A stretch of DNA of 64,000 nt, from assembly GCF_963921235.1 (NCBI RefSeq), contig NC_086097.1, positions 128,838,001 through 128,902,000 of the forward strand. The letters run 5' to 3'. The notes beneath the pieces were generated by a model, which worked only from the letters and a program-made list of their open reading frames with translations, made no database searches and had not been told where the DNA came from. Position numbers and translations under genes: made by a program. Source of the stretch: Mobula hypostoma (lineage: Eukaryota). Positions 36,301-49,500 of this stretch are shown here, one piece after another (position 1 is the stretch's first letter; every line of letters begins with the position of its first letter).

Positions 36301-36739
36301 GGGGTGTAAGGTGCAATGATACATTGGTGAAATAATTTGTCAACAGCGTCAAGGTGTATTACATCCAATCACAATCTTCCTGCCAGGTGGCTTCGTAGGT
36401 GATAAAAAGGGATTTTGCCTAATTCAGTAGGGAAAACAAAAGGCCATTCAGCCCCTTTCACCTGTCCTATCATTAAATTAATCATAATTGACCTGTAGCA
36501 GAACTGCCTTTACAAAATGTGTTCTCTTTCCCAACAGTAGCTTATCAATTCCACTTATAATATTTTTAATGATTTGTGAGAATGTGCTCCAGATTGCTAC
36601 CAGTCCAATTCCATTCTGCACTGCCATTTTCTGTGGCCTTTTGGGAAGAATCTAGCTTTCTAAAAACACACTAGACATCAGATCTCCTGCTGTCAATATA
36701 AATACTGTGGTTATGAGGACAAGTCAGAGGGTAGGTATC

Positions 36740-37140
36740 CTGTGCTGAGTGCCCACCATAGATAGTTTTCCAGCATCTTAAAAGCATGCATTGGGAGTGT
36801 GAGAGAACACTCTTTACTTGCCTAGATGAGCGCACCTCCAACAACAACCAAGAAAGGTGACCAACCAAGACAAAGCAGCCCACTTGACTTATATCTATTC
36901 ACTGCTTCCAACATTTATACATTTATTGGGGTTGCAGAGTACAACCTATAAAATGCACTGCACTTGCTTGCCCTGGGTATTTTGAAAACAGCTCTCCCTG
37001 TGACCTCTGCAACTCGGGGTATGTGGGACTACCACCATCTATAAGCTCCTCTCCAAGTCATGGAGCATACTAATTTGGAAACATATCCCCATTCTTCCAT
37101 TGTTGGATCTACCGCGGATCCTGAAACTCCCTGCCATCAG
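36740..37140 (+). mobile_element. Old CR1/L2-group LINE 3' fragment
   Basis: Degenerate VRSVMEYSPLAWMSAAPTTLKKLD..QDKAA-type reading; related fragments at 690-1060(-), 58740-58900 and 59740-59970. Confidence 0.55.
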
Positions 37141-38726
37141 CTTTGCGAGAACACCTTTACCAGAAGGATTCTTAATATACACATGAGAAAGTCTGCAGAT
37201 GCTGGAAATACAAAGCAACGCACACAGAATGCTGGAGGAACTCGGCAGGTTAGGCAGCATTGATGGAGGTGAATGAACAGTTGATGTTTTGGGCCAAGAT
37301 ATTACGATACAGTCCTTTTGCACCGCTGAGTCTGGGCCAACCATCAAGCACTCACTTACACCAATCCTACACTAATCCCATTTTATTCTCCCTACATTCC
37401 CTTCAACTCACCCCCCACCGCACCCCCCCCCCCCCGCGCTCAGGTTCTACCAGTCACCGAGATCAGTTAATCTACCAACTCGCATGTGTTTGGACTGTGG
37501 GAGGAAACCGGAGCAGTTGGGGGAAAACCACACAGCAACAGGAAGGACATGCAAACTCTACACAGCTGACACTGGAGCTCTGTGGCAGCATCCACACTGG
37601 TTGCGATTTTGTGCCCGTGCCTTTTGAGCCCATGAAATTATTTTGCGCATTTACTTTTTGCAGTGAAAAGGCACCATTTGAATGGTAGTTGTCATCATTA
37701 ATGATAGGCAACTATCATTCACTGGAGACAGATCTGAGATCGGGATCCAGATATGTCCCTTATTGATATCGTGAGGCTACAAAACTGAACAGTCTGTAAT
37801 ATTTATCACAACATGAGTAATTCATTGCTCTGTCCTTATGTTCTGTTGTGTGATAAACTTATGGGAAGTGTGTCTTTGTTTATGTTGCTGTTGAGGTGAT
37901 AAATCAGAACAGGCAGCATCCCCTGTTGCCTGCCTTTTAGTTTTGTTTTAATTTGAATGTAATGCTGCAAATGGCATACTTCACTCACATCAAGTCCAAG
38001 GCTCACAGCCCTTCTGCTGAAACACGTGGACACCAAAACAATCAGTCCATGCACTGGCAGTGGATTAGCACCTGAGCTGCTTGTTAACTGTTTACCGTGA
38101 GCTTGCACTGCTCTTGGAAATAAACCAGGACGAGTTTATGCTCTGGCACGGATTTGCAAAATCTACCCTGTTGAATTGTAGCTGGTTTGGTGCAGAGCAA
38201 GATCTACTAAAGGACCAGAAATAAGCGATAATTTGTTCTTAGAAGTATTGGTGAGGGGCAGAATGCCAGAGGTATATTACTCTCAATATACTCATCCAAT
38301 AATATTATTGAACACCCACCCAAATGCAACAAAATAGGAGCAAGAGAAGACCTCTTGGCCCCTCAAGCCTACCCCACAATTCAATATGTTGGGGCTTAAT
38401 TTCCCCCAGCCCTCATCTCTTCCACTGTGTACTTCCTTAAACATCACCATTCCCTGATCCTTCAAAACTCTTTCTACTTTCTCTTCATTATCACTAACAG
38501 CCTCCTTCTGTGTAGAGAAAATCAGAGATTCATCGACCTCTACAAGACTTTCCATTGCATCTTAGTTTTAAGTGACAGTCCCCTAATCTGCTAACTATGT
38601 GCTCTCATTTCCCACTTGCAGAAACATCTTGACATCTGCCCTGTCATATTCCACCAGGATCTTATATACTTCAATAAGATCACCCCTCAGTCTTCTGCGT
38701 TCCAAAGATATAGAAGTAATTTCTTC

Positions 38727-38895
38727 TCAAACACGAGGTAATCTGCAGATGCTGGAATTGCAAGCAACACACATAAAAGTTGCTGGTGAACGCAGCAGGC
38801 CAGGCAGCATCTATACGAAGAGGTACAGTCAACTGTACCTCTTCCTATAGATACTGCCTGGCCTGCTGCGTTCACCAGCAACTTTTATGCGTGTT
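38727..38895. mobile_element. Palindromic Penelope-derived element lacking the ribozyme core, with 14-bp TSD
   Basis: Arms meet at GGTACAGTCAACTGTACC; perfect TSD GAAGTAATTTCTTC at 38713-38726 and 38896-38909; inserted in a CR1 fragment. Confidence 0.9.
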
Positions 38896-40704
38896 GAAGT
38901 AATTTCTTCAGCTGCTTATGAAAAAAAACAACCCTCTCATCCCAGCAATTAGCTTTTGGACTGCATCCACTGCCAGTAAATTCTTTCTTAAATAAGGTGA
39001 TCAGAGTCAAACGGACCTGTGGCTTACTATTTTTGATTTACTGCTGGTTTATAATTGTCATGTGTAACAAGATACAATCAAAAGCTTTTGCTTGTGTGAC
39101 ATTCGGGCAGATTATTCCAGACATAAGTACATCAAAGTAGTAAAAGAATGCAGAATATAGTGTAGCAGTAATACAGAAAGAGCAATGCCGGTAGATAAAT
39201 ACAGTGCAAGGGTCATGACCAGACAGACTGGGAAATCAAGAGTTCATTTCCAGTGTATGAGAGGTCTGTTCAAAACTTTGATGCAGAACGTTGGCCCAAC
39301 AAACAACAGCACCAAGCCGGCAATACTGTCTCTGAAACTATATTGGACTCGCAGTCGAGATTACCAGTGACAACTGGCTAGACATTTCTTTTACTGGAGG
39401 ACATTAATGAATCAGATGGTTTTTTTATGATTCTCTGGCAAGTAAACCCATAATTGAGGTCTGTTGGCACTGGAGTTTTATAGGCTAGAGTGAGAAGAAC
39501 AGATTTTTGCAATGAAATCAGGAAAGCATTGACAGAAACTGGGTGATGAGTGCGTAATTGAACATTGTGTTGGGAAGAACATTCTTGGAAGAAAGGTGGC
39601 TGGCACTGGCTTTAAGTATGAAGAACTGGAAAATTAAAAATAGTTACTGGAAATCTGAAATAAAGTAGAAAATGCTGAAAACACTGAGAAGGTAGAAGAG
39701 TGACAGAGGGTCTCGGCCATGAAACGTCAATTCTGTATCTGTTGGCAAAGACAAAGAGTCAAGGAATTGAACAGAATGGAAGCAGGCCATTCAGCCCAAC
39801 TCAGTCAGAGTGACCAGAGGGCATCTTTCTGCATTAATCCCACCTCCCAGTACTTGGTCCATGGCCCTCCATACATAAGCAATTCAATTACTCATCTGGC
39901 CACTTTATGCCGTCAGTCACCCAGCTTCAATCACACTTTCTGGCTATACATTCCAGGTATTTATCACTCTCTCTCCTCAAAATCCACTTTCCCCTTGCAC
40001 CAAATCTATTTCCTCTAGTTTTATCTACCTTTATCTACAACAGGTCAGGAAAGCAGCTTACATAATCAAAGATCACCCCCCCACACCCCCCGCCCCCGTC
40101 ATTCTCTCTTTTCCCTACTCCCTTTGGGCAGAAGATACTAAAATTTGAGAACCCAGACCACTCAGCTCAAGGACAGCCTCTATCAAGTAGTTATAAGACT
40201 TCTGAATGGTCCTCTTCGATGATACAGTATAGAGTCCATTGAGCCTCTAGACAGAGTCCAATGTCAAGACACTATCAGTGCCAGCGTCATCAAACTTGCT
40301 CTTTCTTTCTGTTTGTAACTGGGCTGGCTATTCTTTATTTCATTTGTATAAGAACATAAGAAATAGGAGCCGGAATTGCCCATCTAGCCTGTCGAGCCTG
40401 CTCTGCCTTCCAATGAGATCATGGCTGATCTGGCCATGGACTCATCCCCACCAACGTGCCTTTTCCCCACAACCTTTTAATTCCCTTACTATGCAACAAT
40501 CTATCCAACCTTGTTTTAAATATTTTGGTCTACTTAGTACATCCCAGTAGACTAGATTGAGCAACAGATTTCGATACACTAGCAACATATTGCATACACA
40601 TCCATTCACTGGCTATATCATTTCACCTATTACAGACACTCCCTTTGTTCACCCATTGCACATCCCTACCCTCTTTGCTACCTAGACCAACTTACTTCTT
40701 ATTC

Positions 40705-41210
40705 CAAACACAAAAAGCTGCAGCAACTCAGTGGGTTAGACATCATCAATGGAGAGATGTCTCCAAGTCCAGATGAAGGGCTTTGACCCAAATCATTGAG
40801 GCCCATTTCCTAAACATAAGAGATTCTGCATTCGCTGGAAATCTAGAGCAACACACACACACAAAATGCTGGAGGAATGCACTGTAGCAGGTTAGGCAGC
40901 ATCTACAGAAATAAACAGTCAACATTTTGGGTCAAAACCCTTCATCAGGACTGTCCATTTCCCTCCATTGATGCTGTCTGACCTGCTAGGTTCCTCCAGC
41001 TTTGGTGCAAGTACTATGAAGGAATAAAATGTTCCAAACAGATGCCAGTAGATTCCAGCATCTGCCATGTCTTGCATCTCCATTTCACTTCTTCTCTTTC
41101 TTGGTTCCATTGAAGGGTCTTCAATCTGAACCATCATTAGTTCCTCTTTCCACAGATGCTGTTTGACTGGATGAGTTCTTCCAGCATTGCTATTTTTGTT
41201 CAGCACTGCT
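40705..41210. mobile_element. Cluster of Penelope-derived arms and palindromes
   Basis: Several arms; hammerhead-like cores at ~40765-40795(+), 40917-40953(-, CTGATGAAGGGTTTTGACCCAAAATGTTGACT) and ~41105-41135(+). Confidence 0.7.
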
Positions 41211-42245
41211 AATTTAACCCTGGTCCATACTAACTCTTAATCTCACAGTCTACCTCATTGTCGCTTTTGTATTTTCTCTGCAGCTAAAGCATTCTACTTT
41301 TCTTTTCACTACCTTGATGTATTTATGTATAGCACAATCAGCCTGGCTAGCACACAAACAAAAGCTTTTCACTGTATTTTGATGAATAATAAACCAATAC
41401 CACTGTGTCCTTGTGCAGCAATATGACTGATACTGTTAACTCTTAAAATGGGGCAACCACCTTGTTGCATTTATCTCCTTTTGTCCCCCATCTCCCGGTC
41501 ATAAACTTTATAATTTACCTTCCTCTCATAGCTCTTAATAATCAGTTTAATTTCCTTACAGCTCTGTGCCTGTGGTAATGGGTAAATGAGATAACTACGT
41601 TCCATACTCTGCCTCCTAGTCCCCAGTTTGAAACTGACAGAGACAACTAAAAGGAACTGGGAATTGCACAAATATGTTTGTGCTTGTCGACATCAGATTC
41701 ATATTTCCTTTTCATTTTTCAAGAACATCTGTTTTACAGCATTTAGTAATCAAAGCAGTATAGTGTGGGCCTGGTTTAATTTTGCACACCCTTCTAAAAA
41801 GCCTCTCAAAAGACACAAGATCTGCCTTTTAAAAGAAAACCATCTGCTTCTTGCTCTCAATACTTTCTATGCTTCTTCCTCTCTGCCACCACCAGTATCA
41901 TTGGAGAACAGCAGAACTGGTGGGACAAATTACTGGAATGTGCATCAATGCAGAAGAATTGTTCTATCAACATATTTGGGCTAGCTATGAATCAGGAATG
42001 CACATTTCCCTGATAATTCAGCTGAGATCAGGTTTGGGAGTTTCCCTCAGGAGACAGTCAACAATCCAAGAGTAAATTACCCACAAAATACTACCAGTTT
42101 TCTTAGAAGAAAACTTTCACTCAAGCTTCAGCAAGCTTATTTGCATAAACATCAAATATGAAATCTTCCATGAGCCACCACAATCACGCAGCATTTTAGA
42201 ACGTAGTTATTTTTGGCACTGCAAAATAATCCCTGGTACACTTTA

Positions 42246-43375
42246 GAGTTTTCAATTCCATAATCTTCAAGGGCGATAATTTGTTCTTATTACTAATTCA
42301 TCAGGACCTGCTGCCTTTCCTTTCTTCATCTTATTTATTGCATTACGAACTTCAGATTTTAAAATACTTAGACCTTCAAAGTTCTTCTTAATTTCTGGTT
42401 TTTCACCTCTATTGTCTTCAAACAATTCCTGAATATACTCAGACCATCTGTTCATAATCTCCTCTTTTTCCATGATAATGGTACCGTCCTTTGCTTTCAA
42501 ACATCCACCTGAAGAACAGAAGGGCTTTTTACCAGTGATATTCTTGATTTGTAACCTTTTTGGATCAATAATAGGGATTCTTTCTGGTTGCTCACATTCC
42601 TGGTTTAACCATTCTTCTTTGGCTTTTTGACATATGCTTTTAACTTTTTTTATCTAAGGACTTACACTCCATCAGATTTGCTTTCTTCAGTTTCCTTTCT
42701 TGCATTAGATTTTTGATTTCATCTGTGATCCATTTATTCTTTGTGCTTTTTTCTTTTTTAGGAATCACTGACTTTGCTGATTCTACCAAGGCATCCTTCA
42801 GAGAGTGAAACTTCATTTCTACATGATTGCCATCATCTCTAACAGATTCTATTTCTAGACTTTGAAATCTATTCCTTACTTCAATTGTAAATTTTTGTCT
42901 TAAGTTTTCTTCTTTAATTAATTGCGAGTAGTCAAGGGATTATTCAGGTTTTTGCTTCTTTAGGTTTTTAAGTTTTACTTTTACGTGACATATTACTGGG
43001 TTATGGTCACTATTACAGTCTGCACCTGGAAATGTTTTACATTGAGTCACTGAGTTTCTAAATCTTTGGTTTATAGTAATAAAGTAAATTTGATTTCTGA
43101 TGCTATCACCTGGACTTTTCCAGGTCCACAAGCTCCGTGGATGATTTTTAAAGTAGGTATTCATAATGACCTGATTATTCATCTTGCACAATTCTACCCA
43201 TTTCTCACCTCTTTCATTTCTTTCCCCTAGTCTAGATTTTCCTGTAGTATTTCCATCAGCACCTTGTCCTACTTTAGCATTGAGATCTCCCATGACGATA
43301 ACAATATCTTGAGATTTGCATCCATTCTTTGCTTGTTCAAGCTTTTCATAGAATCTATATCCTCATTTCTTCCAT
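42246..43375 (-). mobile_element. RTE LINE, inverted 5' segment (AP endonuclease and linker)
   Basis: MGDLNAKVG, TWKSPGD..RNQI, PGADCNSDHNPV (42940-43293); RWSEYIQELF and GKAAGPDEL (42267-42500). Confidence 0.92.
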
Positions 43376-44692
43376 CCTAAGAAACCTGAAGCAATAGAAT
43401 GTGAATTATAGAGGGCCATAAGTTTAATGAGTCATATAACTAAGATCATTCTAAGAATTTTGATGACAAGGTAAGATACAAGCTGAAGTAGGTAAAGAAC
43501 AATGTGGTTTTGTGAAAGACAAAGGTACAAGAAACGTGATATTGATGTTAAGGATGTTAAGGATACTATCAGTACGAGCTATTCAAGTGCAAAAAGATTT
43601 GTTTGTTTTATTGACTACACAAAAGCATTTGATAAAGTGAAGCACAATAAGTTATTTGAAATATTACAATAATCTCTAGATCTAGATTTGAAAGACCTCT
43701 GCCTAATCATAAATTTGTACTGGGAACAAACTGCCGCTGTAAGGATAGATGGAGAAGTGAGTCAGTTTACGAAAATCAAGAGAGGCATTAGACAGGGGTG
43801 TGTTTTCTCCCCTGATTTATTTAATGTGTACAGTGAAATAATATTACAAAAAAAAGAAGAGACATCTTGGGAATCAAAGTTGGTGGTGAAAGCATCAATA
43901 ATTTCAGATATGTAGATGACACTGTGTTAATTGCAAATACGGAGGAAGAAATACAAAACTTATTTGATATAGTTGTTGAAGAAAGTGCAAAAATGGGTCT
44001 ATCTATCAATTGCAAAAATACGGAATGTATGGTGATATCCAAAAAGAAGGAGAATCCTATCTGCAGGCTGAAAATAAAAGGGGAAGACATAAAACAAGTA
44101 CAAAACTTTTGGTACTTAGGAAGCTGGGTGACATCAGATGGCAGGTGCCACATGGACATCAAAAGAAGAATAGAGATGGCAAAAGACACCTTTACGAGAA
44201 TGAAGAGTATACTGACCAACACTAAACTAGGCATGACAACCCGCCTCAGAGCACTGAAATGTTACGTTTATCCAGCTACGTTATATGGCTCAGAATGCTG
44301 GACAATATCTAGTAACATGAGGAAACGAATTGAAGCAGCAGAGATGTGGTTTTTGAGGAGGATGCAAAGAATATCACGGACAAAATGAATATCCAACAAG
44401 GATGTCATGAACAGAGCAAGACCAAAGAGAGAAATAATGTATGAGATCATGAAAAGGCAACGTAACTTCATTGGACATGTGATTAGGAAAGAGGAATTAG
44501 AATGCACGGTAATTATGTGAAAGATTGAAGGGAAGAGAGCAAAAGGAAGACAAAGACAAATGATGATGGAGACAGCAGCCAGAGAACTGGAAATGAATAC
44601 CAATGAATTGATCCACTTGACCCGAAACAGGATTGTGTGGGCCATGGTAGTCAAAGCTCAAACTGGGCATGGCACCTGATGATGATGATGAT
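43376..44692 (+). mobile_element. RTE LINE, 3' segment (RT) with (GAT)n tail
   Basis: PKKP...ISLMSHITK, DYTKAFDKV, RGIRQGCVFSPDLFNVYSE, NFRYVDDTVL, LYGSECWT; ends GATGATGATGAT. Confidence 0.95.
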
Positions 44693-45292
44693 ACTTAGGA
44701 GAGGCAAACTGGCACAGTCAGATTTGTATAAATGATAATGGCTCTAATCAAGAATATTAGCCTTTTTCGTCAAAGGATCACCAGTGAAGAACTGAAATTT
44801 TATTTTTTTTTACAAGTATAACTGAATTTAAATAGCGTTTGACAGTTAAACTTCGAGGGTGGTTGCCAATGTTTGTGTGTGGCTATCTCACAGTGTGATT
44901 TTCATGTCTCCTTGTTCCCTGAGCTGTTTCTAACACTGAGGTCTGTGGATTGTATTGTGTTTATTTTCAGATTCTATCACACAATATGTGATTTCTACAT
45001 AGAATGGTGTCAGTGATGCATTAGAACAATCACAGATAGCGCACTGGAGCTAACACCAACATAGATCCATATTCATTCAATACAAACATGTCTTTAAACC
45101 AGCATCTAAACTGGATTAACACTTGCTAATTCCACTGATTTGGCTGACCTTGAGGAAATGTGCACCAACACAATCTCTCCTCTGTATCTAGTTTACAGGT
45201 TCTGAGGTATGTACTAAGCATAGTAATGTCAACGGTGAAATCAATACCCTCATTGATTTCACTCATGACATCACTGTGCTTACTAAATGCCC

Positions 45293-45408
45293 ATTGGCCA
45301 GATGGGATTGATGCAGCTCATACCCATCACCTTCCTATTGGTCAGATGGGATTGCTGCAGCTCATACCCATCACCTTCCTATTGGTCAGATGGGATTGAT
45401 GCAGCTCA
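45293..45408. repeat. 44-bp tandem repeat, ~2.6 copies
   Basis: Unit ATTGG(C/T)CAGATGGGATTG(A/C)TGCAGCTCATACCCATCACCTTCCT starting at 45293, 45337 and 45381. Confidence 0.95.
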
Positions 45409-46334
45409 AAAGGTATTGATTATTGGAGAATCACTGAGAATGACTACTTTACACCAGCTCATTCTGCTCTTGTCTCCTTGAAGGAACAGTTAGATAAGGT
45501 GCTACTCACAAGCAATTTTCTGCATATCCTGATGTGGTTTTAATTGCAAGGATGTTGGATTCCACTCAGGAGCAGCAAGAGTCTGATGCAAGGGACAGCA
45601 ACAGCAGCCAGGAAGGCTTGGTCAATGGCAGAGGACCCAATGTAACTAAATCAAGAGCGACTTGCCCTGCTGCGCTGAAACATCTGTTTAAAGGGATGCC
45701 TGGCACCCAGCAGCCACAGGCAACAAACCGGGGTAGAAAGAGCACTACTTTTAGCTACAAATTGAAATATTTTACCAAGTGCAAAATTGAGATTGGTATA
45801 TACATTTGAAGACACAGGAGACTTAAATATGAAGCCAAAGTCAAAGTCAATTTTATTATCGAAGTATATATATATATGTCACCATATATAAACCTGAGAT
45901 TCATTTTCTTGTGGGCATACACAGCAAGTCAATAGAATAGCAACTACAACAGGAAAAAAATGAAAGATCAACCAGAGTACAGAAGACAAACTGTGCAAAT
46001 GCAAATATGAATAAATAGCAATAAGTAACGAGAACATGAGACAATGAGATAATAAGTCCTTAAAGTGTGATCACTGGTTGTGGGAACATCTCAATGATGG
46101 GCAAGTGAATGTAGTTACCCCCTTCTATTCAAGATGGTTGAGGGATTGTAATGTTGTGCATCTGTTGTTGTGCATCTTGAGGCTCTTGTAAATTCTACCT
46201 GATGGCAGCAGCGAGACGAGAGCATGGCCTGGGTGGTGGGAATATATGATGAGTGCATTGGATCGTTGTTTTGAGTATCAGAGACATTTAAATATAAATC
46301 CAAAGGCCTAGTTGCTGAATCCACTATACCTCAC

Positions 46335-47015
46335 AGGATACATCATGCAGGTACAGCAGGCAGTGAAGAAAGCTAATGGCATGTTGGCCTTCATAACAAG
46401 GGGAGTTGAGTATAGGAGCAAAGAGGTCCTTCTGCAGTTGTACAGGGCCCTGGTGAGACCACACCTGGAGTATTGTGTACAGTTTTGGTCTCCAAATTTG
46501 AGGAAGGACATTCTTGCTATTGAGGGAGTGCAGCGGAGGTTCACAAGGTTAATTCCCGGGACTGTCATATGTTGAAAGATTGGAGCGACTGGGCTTGTAT
46601 ACACTGGAATTTAGAAGGATGAGAGGGGATCTGATTGAAACATAAGATTATTAAGGGATTGGACACGCTAGAGGCAGGAAACATGTTTCCGATGTCGGGG
46701 GAGTCCACAACCAGAGGCCACAATTTGAGAATAAGGGGTAGGCCATTTAGAATGGAGTTGAGGAAAAACTTTTTCACCCAGAGAGTTGTGGATCTGTGGA
46801 ATGCTCTGCCTCAGAAGGCAGTGGAGGCCAATTCTCTGGATGCTTTCAAGAAAGAGTTAGATAGAGCTCTTAATGATAGCGGAGTCAAGGGACATGGGGA
46901 AAAGGCAGGAACGGGGTACTGATTGTGGATAATCAGCCATGATCACAGTGAATGGCGGTGCTGGCTCGAAGGGTCGAATGGCCTACTCCTGCACCTATTG
47001 GCTATTGTCTATTGA
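46335..47015 (+). mobile_element. CR1 3' fragment (relatively well preserved)
   Basis: QVQQAVKKANGMLAFI...LYRALVRPHLEYCVQFWSP; TRGHNLRI; (CTATTG)n-like tail. Confidence 0.95.
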
Positions 47016-47559
47016 TACCTATCTTGCACAGAGGGTAAACTCAACCAGAATAAGTCAATGAAGGCAGCTGGAATGTTGAATGGGTCAAAATCTCTAACAT
47101 AATGTACAATAAGAGAGTCAATGATTATGAGGAACAGGCAGGAAAATGGAACTGAGGCCATGATCACGTGGTATAATAAAGCAGGTTTGATGATCTCTAA
47201 GACCTTCTCCTGCTCTTATTTTTTTTTTGTTTTCTTGAATGATATTACAAGGAGGTTTTGATATCACAGCAGAAACAAATCTGAACACCTGTCAATAACC
47301 CCAGTAGACAAAGAACTCTTCAGAACATGTGCTAATGCCATTGGTGCCACTTAACCACTAAACTGTATGCTTACATCACATGTAGAATCACATCTCAATG
47401 TAACATTCATGTGCTTCATTTACATATGTACACACAAACATACCGTACTGTCTTCTTTCCTTGGGATGCGTTTCCCCGATATTTATACAATGGCAGTCAT
47501 TTAATTGATTTTCCTTCAACATTGAGCCTTGTGGTTGGGTTTCTGGCCTGTGGCAGGTT

Positions 47560-49500
47560 CCAGTGAGGCATCCCTACTAATCTTGCTCTTAATTCTTCAG
47601 TGCTGGTTCAAGTTTGGAATAAATATTTCATCACCAAATTCTCCACCATCTCCTGGTACCTCCATGCTGCATACATTTGGTAGACAAGGAGATTATTGAT
47701 TGTTTCTCTAATGGGTACTAAATATATTTTCAGAATATAGATTGTACATTTTCACCAACACCCAACTCCATTGAGTTACACTGGTTTGCTGGTCTCACTT
47801 CCCTTGTTGTATTCTGTAACTTGAAGTGCTTCTCTTTACCTATTGCCAAAGAGTTATTATTATTCCAAGCTTGCTTTTATTTTGACTGCTGTCCCTGCAC
47901 ACTCCCTTCTCCAGGCTAGGCTGCATTAAATTCTAGCACTCAATATGTGTCATGCATTAACAGCTTTGTTGAGGCAAATCCTGCGGTGTTGCCTGATACA
48001 TAAACAGAAAGTTGGCCAGATAATGATTCACAGCTCAACTCAAACAAATTTGGTAAACTTGCCCCTTAAGCCTTCTTTGAAAATGCAGCCAGAACTTTTG
48101 TCTGCACCGCAGGCCATCAGGAATGGAGAAGGAAAATGTCTTTAATATCATTCACTCTCTGGAGGAACTCAAACAGATATGATGTTAACTGAGCTGTGTC
48201 ATCTGACACCAATTCTACAAGTATGCCAGGAGATCTAAAACTTTGTTTCAAATCTTCAACTGAATGTTCCATTATAAAGCAAGATCCAACAAGTTTAGTT
48301 TCCATCTTCTAGAATATGCAATGATAGCAACCAGCAATCTACCATTGTCCTTCTGACAATAACCTTATAGAATATATGAAATACCCACATCTTGGATGTT
48401 GTCCTACCTGATATATTTCTGCATTGTTACAATATTATTTATGTTCACACAAGATCTTCTATACCTTCGCAATATACAAAGCTTCAGGCAATACAGTAGT
48501 TTCATACACACAATGTGAGTATGTTCAGAGTATAAGATGCATGTCCTCAGGACTGGTGTTCTATGACTGCTCTAAAATTATCCTTAAATAACTGGCAATA
48601 TGTATCTTCTGTTGCATATACACATATTTATTTGTTTATTGAGATACAGTGCAGATTAGGCTCCTTGAGACAAACTGACCAGCAATCACCCCATTTAATC
48701 CAAGCCTAATCACGGGACAATTTACAATGACTAATTAACCTACCAACCAGTACATCTTTAGACTATGTAACAGGAGGAAATCCAAGCGATCACAAGGAGA
48801 ACTTACAAACTCCTTACAGGCAGCATCAGGAATTGAACCCGGGTTGCCTGTACTGTAAAGCATCATGCTAGTCACTATGCAACCATACCAACATTTGCAC
48901 ATTTATATGAATTAGTCCACTTCATTCTCAGAAGGAATTCAAACAGTTATGATGTTTAATGAGGTATACCGTCTACATCTCGTTGAGTTGTGTCTCTGTA
49001 GCTGTGATTAGAAAGTTTCTGTTCACATGTTGTACATTAAATATATTTGATCTCTCTACTTTCTTCAGTGTTTACAGTTTGCAGAGAAGAGCAATGTTCA
49101 AAGATCCCATCATATTGCGACAGCAAAATTACCCATCTCATCATTCTGGAAGCCGCCAGGTTGCAAACACTGATTCTGATTCCACAATAACTTATAGTGG
49201 CTTGTGATATCGACCAGAAAGAAAAATATCCCTTATAAAATTTTGTAAAACTTTTCATTCCATAAGAGATGCCTCATGCTTCCTTTACAACCTGCATTTA
49301 GTTTTATTGATTTTTTAATAAAGTACTAGAGGAAAATTCTGTTGACTTCTCCTGGAGAATATTCATGATGTGACTGAAAACAGCAATCAGTCCATAGCTA
49401 TGGCTGCACCATCCTCATTGTATCACAGTGTACGAGTAGGACTCCTAGCTGTCTGTTTACTCAAGTCATTTAACGTCTGCTGAAGCCCCTGAGCAGCTAG
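47560..49500 (-). mobile_element. Ancient Ty3/Gypsy pol relic (RNase H and integrase), interrupted by a SINE
   Basis: Manual translation across stops: SYGLIAVFSHIM..QEKSTEFSSSTL...VKEA*GISYGMKSF (RNase H, ~49400-49240); LAASRMMRWVILLSQYD; LLVAIIAYSRRW and GILVELVSDDTAQLTSYLFEFL (integrase, ~48340-48130). Confidence 0.75.

Noticed and set aside
45293..45408. CRISPR-like repeat with internal hairpin
   Set aside because: Units are contiguous with no unique spacers, there are no cas genes, and the context is vertebrate.
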